From assembly GCA_021814825.1 (NCBI GenBank), contig JAKAHS010000001.1, forward strand, positions 16,697 through 51,113: a stretch of 34,417 nucleotides of DNA, in the 5' to 3' direction. A program made the translations under genes and the position numbers. The DNA is from a bacterium (GTDB lineage: Bacteria; Patescibacteriota; Minisyncoccia; Phycocordibacterales; SBAW01). The notes under the pieces are model-generated. The model was given only the letters and a program-made list of their open reading frames with translations. It did not search any database and was not told the origin of the DNA. Shown here one piece after another: positions 25,259-32,514 of the stretch. Position 1 is the stretch's first letter. Every line of letters starts with the position of its first letter.

Positions 25259-25296
25259 ACACTTATAGTACACGTTCGTGAATTATAAGTGTATGG
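25255..25296. repeat. 42-nt imperfect palindrome (P2), related to P1, overlapping the start codon of the PaaX-like gene
   Basis: CCATACACTTATAGTACACG-TT-CGTGAATTATAAGTGTATGG: 20-nt arms with 2 mismatches. It shares the exact 16-mer CGTGAATTATAAGTGT with P1 (24650-24665 vs 25277-25292). Confidence 0.85.
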
Positions 25297-25402
25297 TTGT
25301 AGGAGTAAGAATGTGAATAAAAGTGAAAGCGGTCGACCGCATAGTGAGGACTGCTTGAGATTTCTTGGAATATGCCGCTGTGCATGGCGGTACCGGTAGC
25401 GG

Positions 25403-25440
25403 AAAATTAAAAGGCGGTACGTTTCTCAACGTTCCGCCTT
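25403..25440 (-). terminator. Intrinsic terminator (minus strand)
   Basis: Minus strand reads AAGGCGGAACGT-TGAGAA-ACGTACCGCCTT followed by TTAATTTT: 11 pairs with one A.A mismatch. Confidence 0.7.
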
Positions 25441-25660
25441 CTTGATCAGATCGGTCCTTTTTCGACCTTGAACCTACCAGGCATGCCTGCCGTACGAGGT
25501 TCCTAAGAGTTCTGATCACGGGGTGCCGAATCCCCACTCTTGTGCCGGATGGTATGTCCGGCCGCTACTTCGCTTTCTGAAGAACATGGCGTCTCCCTAT
25601 ATTGATGATCGTGGCGATCACTGAAAACTTACTAACAATAGTTAAGCACGACCGTAGTAA
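25441..25660 (-). ncRNA. Unclassified structured RNA candidate, or a long structured argS 3'UTR
   Basis: About 220 nt with no credible ORF between the argS stop (25678) and the terminator at 25403-25440. Minus-strand hairpins: TGATCG-CCA-CGATCA, GCCGGA-CATACCA-TCCGGC, AAGAGT[GGGG-ATTCGGCA-CCCC]...ACTCTT, CAGGCATGCCTG and GGTC-GAAAAAG-GACC. I could not match it to RNase P, SRP, tmRNA, 6S or T-box consensus. Confidence 0.25.
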
Positions 25661-25677
25661 AAAGTCAAGCTTTTCGG

Positions 25678-27351
25678 CTACATCTCATCGGGTGCGGAAA
25701 TACCGAGCAGCCACAAGCCGTTTTTGAGCGTTTGGCGCACGGCACTCACGAGTGCGAGTTTGTCTGCAGCATCTGGCGTGCCGAGGATACGCTCCTGCGC
25801 ATACCAAGAGTTGAAGGCGCTTGAAAGCTCGATGAGGTACTGTGCGACGAAGTGAGGTTCGTACAGCTCTGCAGCGCGCTCCACCACCTCCGGGAAACGC
25901 GGCAAGAGTCGCTCGATGTCGGGCGCGATGCCGCCGCGAACATGCGCGGACGACGCAACGTTCTCCTCTTCTGCCTTCTTGAGCACGGACACGCAGCGCG
26001 TATGCGCGTATTGGATGTAGGGGCCGGACTCGCCTTCCAGCGAAAGTGACTTCTCCGGATCGAAAATGATGTTCTTACCCGCGCCCTGCTTGAGCACGGA
26101 GAACTTTATCGCGGCGACCGCGATCTGCCGTGCGACCTCCTCGGGGTTCGCCACGCCGCGCTCCCCCATCTTTTCTTTCGCCGCCATGATCATCTCATCG
26201 ACGAGCGACTCGCCGGTGATGACGTTGCCTTTGCGCGACGACATCTTGCCTGACGAGAGTTGCATCATGCCGTGATGGATGTGCTCGAAGATATCCTTCC
26301 ATTCAGGATGCACGAGGCCAAGTGCCACGAACACCACATTGAAATATGCTTCTTGTTCAAGCGCGGTCACGGTGATCGAGCGATCGAATGTGCGGCGCTC
26401 GCGCTTCATTTCGGCGAGACCGATCTCTTTCGCTTCGTAGGTCGGCAATCCTTGCTTGTTGATGAAGACGCGGGTGTGAAGCTTCGGGTCATGCTCTTCC
26501 CCATGGAAAACTATCGCGCCGGCGCTCTCCACGAACAACTCCGGATGAGCGCGCACGACTTCAAGACCTCGCGGTCCGGTCTCGCTTTCGAAAAAGTATT
26601 CATCAAAAGTTGTTCCGAGAAGCGCATAGATATCTTCAAAATGCTTCAGGGTCTCCTCGCGTCCCCAGACGTAGAGCGCGTTGATCTTTTCATCGCTCTT
26701 TTCATACACTTTCTTATTGATCTCTTCAATCTCGCGCTTCGCGTCCGCACTCTCTTCGTAAGCGGTGGCGCCGCGCACATATGCTGCGCTGATCTGCGCG
26801 ACCGTCGGCTGCGTGAGATCTTCCTGCAGGAGCCCCCAGATCGCTTTGGCGACATGCGGGCCGACATCGCCTTGGTAGTTCGCGCGGATGACAGCGGCGC
26901 CCGAGCGCTCAAGGAGCCGCGCGACGCTCTCACCGATGGCATTACTCATGAGGTGACCGATATGAAATTCTTTGAACGGATTCGGATCGGTGTATTCGAC
27001 CATGATCGTCTTGTCCGACCAAGCGTCATTGCTCCCCCACCGGTCGCCTTTTTCGCGCGCCACTGCGATCGCGGCGGCGCGTGACTCGCTTGAGAGGAAG
27101 ATGTTGAGAAAACCAGGACCGGCGATCTCGATCTTTTCCACGCCAGGGATATGCGCCTCCTCAAGCGCCGCGCGCATGGCGACTGCAACATCGCGCGGGT
27201 TCTGACCGAGCTTTTTTCCTGCAACCAGCGCCGCATTACAGGCGTAGTCCGCACCGGTCTCCGCAGGCGGATATTCAACGACAAAAGCCTCATCGGGAGC
27301 ACCCAACTGCGCGAGCGCCTCGCGTACCGCCGCTTCTATCTTTTCTTTCAT
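25678..27351 (-). CDS. argS: Arginyl-tRNA synthetase
   Basis: PNPFKEFHIGHLMSNAIGES (HIGH), GKMSSRKGN, C-terminal DALR-type anticodon-binding domain ending ...APDEM. ATG 27351 (MKEKIE). Confidence 0.92.
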   Translation of the reverse strand: MKEKIEAAVREALAQLGAPDEAFVVEYPPAETGADYACNAALVAGKKLGQNPRDVAVAMRAALEEAHIPGVEKIEIAGPGFLNIFLSSESRAAAIAVAREKGDRWGSNDAWSDKTIMVEYTDPNPFKEFHIGHLMSNAIGESVARLLERSGAAVIRANYQGDVGPHVAKAIWGLLQEDLTQPTVAQISAAYVRGATAYEESADAKREIEEINKKVYEKSDEKINALYVWGREETLKHFEDIYALLGTTFDEYFFESETGPRGLEVVRAHPELFVESAGAIVFHGEEHDPKLHTRVFINKQGLPTYEAKEIGLAEMKRERRTFDRSITVTALEQEAYFNVVFVALGLVHPEWKDIFEHIHHGMMQLSSGKMSSRKGNVITGESLVDEMIMAAKEKMGERGVANPEEVARQIAVAAIKFSVLKQGAGKNIIFDPEKSLSLEGESGPYIQYAHTRCVSVLKKAEEENVASSAHVRGGIAPDIERLLPRFPEVVERAAELYEPHFVAQYLIELSSAFNSWYAQERILGTPDAADKLALVSAVRQTLKNGLWLLGISAPDEM

Positions 27352-27388
27352 ATTCACAAAGTAGCAGGATTTCACTCAAATCGCCATC

Positions 27389-28486
27389 TTAGAGCGTCGT
27401 CGATGAAAGCGTCGGCGACGTCGTGCTTGGTATGACATCGAACGAGACGCGGCCGATGAGCGCACCGCTTTCCGTCTCCACGTCGCAGCGCCACTGCCCC
27501 GGAATGATGTTCTGCTTCATGCTGTACCCGCGGTAGCCTTCTTCGCGTCCGCCGGAGATCGGAAATTCGACGACTGCGATCGTGTTCCATGTTTGCGTCG
27601 GCGCGTCATAGAGCTCCCATCGATGGCGGATCGGCGTGCCGAGCCCGGTCGGCGCAAAGACCGATGACCAGCAGTAGGCGTCGCTTCCCGCTCCAGCGGT
27701 GAAGATGTCGGAGGTGGTGTGCCAGAATTGCCACGAAGGGGCCTGCTCATACTGCGCACCATAGGAACCATCCGCGTTGCGCACGATGAGATGATAGATG
27801 CCGTCATCGCGCAGTGCGAGCGGAACCGGCGGAATGATGTTCGTGAAATACAGCAGGTTGAACAGCGCGAGCACGCTCGCGATCATGAGGAGCGCGTGCG
27901 TGAGATGTCGGCGCCCTTCACGCCCGCTGAAGATCCGCGTCGTACCATGGAGCACGATGATGAAGACAAGCGCGACGACCAAGCTGACCGCATTGCTTTC
28001 AATGAACGCTGCCGTGCCGATGTCGTGTACGATCCATGTCGGCACCGCGATGACGCAATAGGTCAGAAGGAGCACATACCACACGCTCATATTGAAACGG
28101 AGCTGATCATATTTGGTTTTGAGAAATTCATTACCGATGAGCATCGCCACCAGGACGCCCAAAAAGAGCAGGCTGCCCGCCGGCGTGCCGCTCTTGCCGT
28201 AGAGGATGAGCATGTTGCTCGCAAGGCCGCCGAAGGCGAACTTCATCGAGAGGATCGGCGCCAGTGTGGTCGCCGGATCTTTTGACGCACGCCGCGACGG
28301 CCGCGCAAGATACACGATCACGCCGGCGGATATAAGCAGGTAAGAGAGGAGCAACACGTTCACGAAGACGCTATCGGGGCGCTTCGCGATAATGAGATCG
28401 AAACAAAAGCCGCCGACCATGGTCGCGACCGACACCGCGCGCTCATGACGATCCAAAAATGCTAGGAACCCATCTGGCCGAGACAT
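27389..28486 (-). CDS. Polytopic membrane protein with a C-terminal DUF2914-like domain
   Basis: About 8 TM helices, then ...IRHRWELYDAPTQTWNTIAVVEFPISGGREEGYRGYSMKQNIIPGQWRCDVETESGALIGRVSFDV, as I recall the DUF2914 pattern. Confidence 0.6.
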   Translation of the reverse strand: MSRPDGFLAFLDRHERAVSVATMVGGFCFDLIIAKRPDSVFVNVLLLSYLLISAGVIVYLARPSRRASKDPATTLAPILSMKFAFGGLASNMLILYGKSGTPAGSLLFLGVLVAMLIGNEFLKTKYDQLRFNMSVWYVLLLTYCVIAVPTWIVHDIGTAAFIESNAVSLVVALVFIIVLHGTTRIFSGREGRRHLTHALLMIASVLALFNLLYFTNIIPPVPLALRDDGIYHLIVRNADGSYGAQYEQAPSWQFWHTTSDIFTAGAGSDAYCWSSVFAPTGLGTPIRHRWELYDAPTQTWNTIAVVEFPISGGREEGYRGYSMKQNIIPGQWRCDVETESGALIGRVSFDVIPSTTSPTLSSTTL

Positions 28487-28521
28487 GACTGTAGTGTAAC
28501 AAAATATGCGTGCAAAAGTTT

Positions 28522-28549
28522 AGGCCGGCCGCTGGTGTGCGGTCGGCCT
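28522..28549 (-). terminator. Hairpin downstream of glyA (possible terminator)
   Basis: AGGCCGGCCGC-TGGTGT-GCGGTCGGCCT. On the minus strand it is followed by AAACTTTTGC, a weak U-run. A second imperfect hairpin lies at 28550-28588. Confidence 0.4.
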
Positions 28550-28677
28550 CTTGCAGAGCGCGGCCCGATAAGGCGGCGCTGTGCAAGTGAAGACATCGTC
28601 TGGTAGGTCGACACCTTCGAGAAGCGCGCCCGCCCATGCAGCGGGAAACGCTTTGATCTTCTGAGAAGACTGTACCA

Positions 28678-29940
28678 TTAAATGAACGTTTCGGGGATCG
28701 GGAATTTATTGCACAGGGCTTGTATCTCGCTTTTGATCGCCGTGAGTTTCGCTTCATCACCGCGGCCATGCAGCGCCGCTATCATAAGCTCCGCAACGCG
28801 CGCACATTCCGCTTCCCTCAAACCGCGCGTGGTGATCGCCGGCGTTCCGAAGCGGATGCCGGATGGATCCATCGGTTTGCGCGGATCATCGGCGATCATA
28901 TTCTTGTTGAGCGTGATGCCGACTGAGTCGAGCACGGTCTCTGCTTCCTGTCCGGACACGCCGAGCGACTGCCACACATCGGCAAGCAAAAGATGATTGT
29001 CAGTACCGCCGGCGACGAGCCGCACGCCTGCATCTTTGAACACGCGCTCCATCGATTTCGCATTCTTGATGATCTGTGCCGCATACGTCTTGAACGACGG
29101 GTGGAGCGCTTCGCCGAAGGCGACCGCCTTCGCCGCGATGTTGTTCATGTGCGGACCGCCCTGAAGGCCGGGGAACACCGTCTTGTCGATCTTCTTCGCG
29201 ATGTCTTCCGATTCGCGCACGAGGATCATGCCGCCACGCGGTCCGCGCAGCGTCTTGTGCGTCGTCGTCGTCATGATGTCGAAACCATAGTCGAATGGAT
29301 TTCTGGCTGCGCCTCCGGCGATGAGTCCGGCGATGTGCGCGATGTCCATCACTGCGAGCGCACCGACGTCGCGCGCGATCGACACGAATTTCGCATAATC
29401 AAGTTCGCGCGGATACGCCGAGAAGCCGGCGAGAATTATCTTAGGTTTTTGCTCGCGCGCCACGCGCATCATGTCGTCGTAATCGATCTCGCCCGTCTCG
29501 ACATCCTTCATCTTGTAGCGCACGAAGTTGAAGATCTTGGTGATGTACGTCACCGGATGTCCGTGCGTGAGATGCCCGCCGTGGCTGAGGTCCATGCCGA
29601 GCACGGTGTCGCCCGGTTCAAGGAGCGCGAAGTACATCGCGATGTTTGCATTGGCACCGCCGAGCGGCTGCACATTGGCGAATTTCGCGCCGAAGAGTTC
29701 TTTGGCGCGCTCGATCGCAAGGCTCTCCACGACATCGGTGAACTGCTGGCCGCCGTAGTAGCGCTTGCCCGGATAGCCTTCCGAATATTTATTGGTGAGA
29801 ATCGAACCATTCGCTTCTCGCACCGCGCGCGACACATAGTTCTCCGACGGAATGAGTTCAAGCCCTTCCGCCTCTCTCCCCTCCTCGCCCATGAGCGCGT
29901 CGTATATTTTCTCGTCCTGTTCTTTGATGTGTTCGTACAT
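28678..29940 (-). CDS. glyA: Serine hydroxymethyltransferase
   Basis: LELIPSENYVSRAVREANGSILTNKYSEGYPGKRYYGG and the PLP-lysine motif TTTTHKTLRGPRGG. Confidence 0.95.
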   Translation of the reverse strand: MYEHIKEQDEKIYDALMGEEGREAEGLELIPSENYVSRAVREANGSILTNKYSEGYPGKRYYGGQQFTDVVESLAIERAKELFGAKFANVQPLGGANANIAMYFALLEPGDTVLGMDLSHGGHLTHGHPVTYITKIFNFVRYKMKDVETGEIDYDDMMRVAREQKPKIILAGFSAYPRELDYAKFVSIARDVGALAVMDIAHIAGLIAGGAARNPFDYGFDIMTTTTHKTLRGPRGGMILVRESEDIAKKIDKTVFPGLQGGPHMNNIAAKAVAFGEALHPSFKTYAAQIIKNAKSMERVFKDAGVRLVAGGTDNHLLLADVWQSLGVSGQEAETVLDSVGITLNKNMIADDPRKPMDPSGIRFGTPAITTRGLREAECARVAELMIAALHGRGDEAKLTAIKSEIQALCNKFPIPETFI

Positions 29941-30002
29941 AGTAAAAACGTTAGAAAGAATTAAATATGTACGACGCTAGATCATATAAGGTATAAGAAA
30001 TG

Positions 30003-30965
30003 CTATCCGTGTATCTTCTTATTATATCCGCCGGCGACCGTGAGTTCTGCCTTGATAGTCGCGTGCGGATCATAGTCATTCAACTGGACGAACTCCGGCT
30101 TGAAGGTGTCGAGCGAGTCGAACGACTCCGTGAATGAGATCGTCGGGAACGGTTTTGGTTCGCGCGCGAGCTGCTCAAGCGCCTGCTCCTTGTGGTTCTC
30201 ATAGATATGCACATCGCCGAAGGTGTGCACGAACTCGCCGGGGCTCCGTCCCAAGATCTTTGCGAGCACGATCGTGAGCAGCGCGTAGCTGGCGATATTG
30301 AATGGCACGCCAAGAAAAATGTCGGCGCTGCGCTGGTAGAGCTGGAGGCATACGCGGCCGTGCTTGATGTTGACCTGATAGAGGTTGTGGCAAATAGGAA
30401 AACGAGCCGCCTTGCCCGGAGCTGCCATTGCATAGAGATACTCCGGGTTCCACGAACTCACGAGGGTGTTGTGCGCGTCCTTGTCATGCCGCAATTCGTT
30501 GACCACCCAGCCAAGCTGGTCGACCGTCCGTCCGTCATGCGCCTGCCACCTGCGCCACATTTCGCCGTAGATATGCGGCAGCTCGCCGTAGGCCTGCGCA
30601 AACGCATCGTCGGTTTTGATGCGCTCGATGAACGCTTCTTTGGAAAGCTCCGGCACCTCGCCACGCTCCATCTTCTCTTTATAGATCTTGTAGGGATAGT
30701 CGTCCCAAATGTGCACCTCCTGATCGACGAGATACTTGATGTTGCTCTGTCCGGAGAGGAACCAGTAGAGCTCGTGCAACACGCCCTTCCAGTAGACGCG
30801 CTTAGTGGTGAGAAGCGGAAATCCTTGCGAGAGGTCGAAACGGATCTGACGGCCGAAGAGGCTGTAGGTCTTCACACCAGTGCCGGCGTCCACCTGCTCC
30901 TCCCCGTTCTCGAGGATTTCGCGCATAAGATCAAGATATTGGTACTCTGGGTGTCGCTTCTCCAT
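30003..30965 (-). CDS. thyA: Thymidylate synthase (ThyA, long form with ~50-aa insert)
   Basis: FPLLTTKRVYWKGVLHELYWFLSG, catalytic Cys in RFPICHNLYQ, DIFLGVPFNIASYALLT. Confidence 0.95.
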   Translation of the reverse strand: MEKRHPEYQYLDLMREILENGEEQVDAGTGVKTYSLFGRQIRFDLSQGFPLLTTKRVYWKGVLHELYWFLSGQSNIKYLVDQEVHIWDDYPYKIYKEKMERGEVPELSKEAFIERIKTDDAFAQAYGELPHIYGEMWRRWQAHDGRTVDQLGWVVNELRHDKDAHNTLVSSWNPEYLYAMAAPGKAARFPICHNLYQVNIKHGRVCLQLYQRSADIFLGVPFNIASYALLTIVLAKILGRSPGEFVHTFGDVHIYENHKEQALEQLAREPKPFPTISFTESFDSLDTFKPEFVQLNDYDPHATIKAELTVAGGYNKKIHG

Positions 30966-30977
30966 AGTGGTCGTCGA

Positions 30978-31604
30978 TTATCTTTTCTTCGAGGTCTTCT
31001 TTGAGACTTTCTTGACGGTCTTTTTCGCGGTCGGTTTGGTCGTTACTGTTTTCGAAGTCTTCTTCGCTTTCGCCGGGACGAAATGATTCCAGTTGTCCTT
31101 CGCATAGCGTCCGACATGGCGATAATTCTGGCGCGTCGGCGACGAAAGTTTTGAGAACGTGAGCTGCGCGATCGCCATACCCGGGCGCAGAATGATCGGC
31201 ACGTTGGAGAGGTTGCAGAGCTCGAAGGTGATGTTGAGGAAGTGGCCGGGATTGATGAGGCCGGCGGTGTTGTGGATCATGAGGCCGACGCGAGCAAGCG
31301 ATGACTTGCCGCCCACCTGGATGAGATAGTTGTCGGAGCCGAAATATTCTTTAGAGATGCCGAGCACTGACACGCCAGGGTGCAAAATGAATTCGCCGTC
31401 GTCGACCACGTTGATCTGGCGAGTCTTCGCATAGATCTTGCGAGCCGGATCGACGAAGTTGGTCTGCTCGGGTTCGTTCACCACGAACTGATTACCGAGG
31501 ATGATGTCGTAGCTCGCGGGGCTGAGGCGCGATTCGACGAACGGTTCGAGGGTGATCTCGCCGCTTTCAACTCCCTTGATGATATCGATGTCTGAGAGAA
31601 ACAT
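30978..31604 (-). CDS. dcd: dCTP deaminase (Dcd/dUTPase fold) with a Lys-rich C-terminal tail
   Basis: MFLSDIDIIKGVESGEITLEPF, SPASYDIILG, GKSSLARVGLMIHNTAGLINPGH. The C-terminal ~35 aa read AKAKKTSKTVTTKPTAKKTVKKVSKKTSKKR. Confidence 0.8.
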   Translation of the reverse strand: MFLSDIDIIKGVESGEITLEPFVESRLSPASYDIILGNQFVVNEPEQTNFVDPARKIYAKTRQINVVDDGEFILHPGVSVLGISKEYFGSDNYLIQVGGKSSLARVGLMIHNTAGLINPGHFLNITFELCNLSNVPIILRPGMAIAQLTFSKLSSPTRQNYRHVGRYAKDNWNHFVPAKAKKTSKTVTTKPTAKKTVKKVSKKTSKKR

Positions 31605-31639
31605 AATTAGGTTAGCGATTTATGATAAGGACAGCGCTA

Positions 31640-31766
31640 GTAGAACCTTCAGATCTGGATGCAATGCTAGGAGGGCATGAGGAGCGAACCGGGGAATACT
31701 GGGTTGGTATTGCGAGGGAGCACCGGAACGTCCGACAACGCAGGGCGCCAGATCTGAAGGTTCTAC
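31640..31766. repeat. 127-nt element closed by a 19-bp perfect inverted repeat
   Basis: GTAGAACCTTCAGATCTGG (31640-31658) and CCAGATCTGAAGGTTCTAC (31748-31766) are separated by 89 nt. The right arm contains the stop codon of the CYTH gene. The left arm ends 36 nt before the dcd start. Confidence 0.85.
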
Positions 31767-32449
31767 GTGATGGTGAAAACTTTGTCCGTCCCGTAATACT
31801 CCTCCCAATGTTCATTGTAATACTTGAACATGCGCTCAAGGCGGTCCTGCGGCAACTCATCGACGCCGCACTCTTCCATGACCGCGTAGATCTCGGTGCG
31901 CGCTTTCGCTACGTCAGCCTCATCGTCCACCATCTTTTCGAACTCGGCGAGCCAGCCGTAGCCAGCGTTATGATCAAGGCAAACCGTGATGTCGCGAAAA
32001 GCATATTCTTCACGCTCGCGCGACCACTTCGCTTGATAACGGAAACCGGAGCCGAGGATAAGTGCGTCGAGCGCGGCGAGCGGGATCGTGACCTTTTCAT
32101 CAAGCTCAATGCGCGCGATGCCGTTCTCGCTCGTCGTGTCGTCCACCGACGCCTTGATGACGAGATACACGCCGGTGTCTTTCTCGCGCGTGCGCACGGA
32201 AAAAGTTTTTGCACGTTTGGCGAGATCGTCGAACGTTATGCACTTCTCTTCCGAGAGACACTGATGCGCGACCGACTGAGCAAGGGCGTCGAGATTGCCG
32301 CCTTCGAAATAATGGTTGAGTTGCGCACTCTTGCCGATCAGACGCGTGTTCGGGTCGAGCTCGGTAAGTTTTGTACGCAGTTCATCTGCTTTTTCTTTCG
32401 TGCTAAGCAGCGACTTCACTTCGACTTCATATGAATGCATGAATGTCAT
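31763..32449 (-). CDS. CYTH-domain (triphosphate tunnel metalloenzyme / CyaB-like) protein
   Basis: N-terminal ExExK signature (YEVEVKSLL), then alternating beta-strand pattern with acidic/basic residues over about 190 aa. 228-aa ORF. Confidence 0.6.
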   Translation of the reverse strand: MTFMHSYEVEVKSLLSTKEKADELRTKLTELDPNTRLIGKSAQLNHYFEGGNLDALAQSVAHQCLSEEKCITFDDLAKRAKTFSVRTREKDTGVYLVIKASVDDTTSENGIARIELDEKVTIPLAALDALILGSGFRYQAKWSREREEYAFRDITVCLDHNAGYGWLAEFEKMVDDEADVAKARTEIYAVMEECGVDELPQDRLERMFKYYNEHWEEYYGTDKVFTIT

Positions 32450-32514
32450 TGTACGTCCTGCGCTGGGGGCACACCATACTGGATTGATCGCAGATATGTG
32501 GCATAGTAAGGCTC

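Noticed and set aside
25380-25440. A T-box riboswitch, suggested by GGCGGTACCGG / CCGGTACCGCC, which resembles the T-box core GGUGGUACCGCG, in a region upstream of ileS.
   Set aside because: The best match (9/12) is on the plus strand, where no gene follows. On the minus strand the motif lies downstream of the terminator, not upstream of or overlapping it. The UGGN needed to pair with the tRNA NCCA end is absent, and I could not find a Stem I, specifier or AG-bay layout.
25283-25537. An 84-aa minus-strand ORF in the argS-PaaX spacer.
   Set aside because: It runs through an intrinsic terminator and palindrome P2. Its composition is odd (Pro/Thr/Arg-rich, no motifs). It is more likely non-coding.
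25515-25545. A tRNA- or tmRNA-like T-arm (minus strand GGGG-ATTCGGCA-CCCC).
   Set aside because: The loop is 8 nt and lacks the T54-A58 arrangement (TTCGGCA has G where A58 is required). There is no matching acceptor stem or CCA context. No other tRNA-like cloverleaf was found in the window.
31669-31757. A 26-aa plus-strand ORF (MRSEPGNTGLVLRGSTGTSDNAGRQI) preceded by the only AGGAGG seen near a start in this window.
   Set aside because: The AGGAGG-to-ATG spacing is only 2 nt. The ORF lies wholly inside the inverted-repeat element and ends in its right arm. There is no supporting motif, and other genes here do not use SD. It is mentioned only as an alternative reading of that element.
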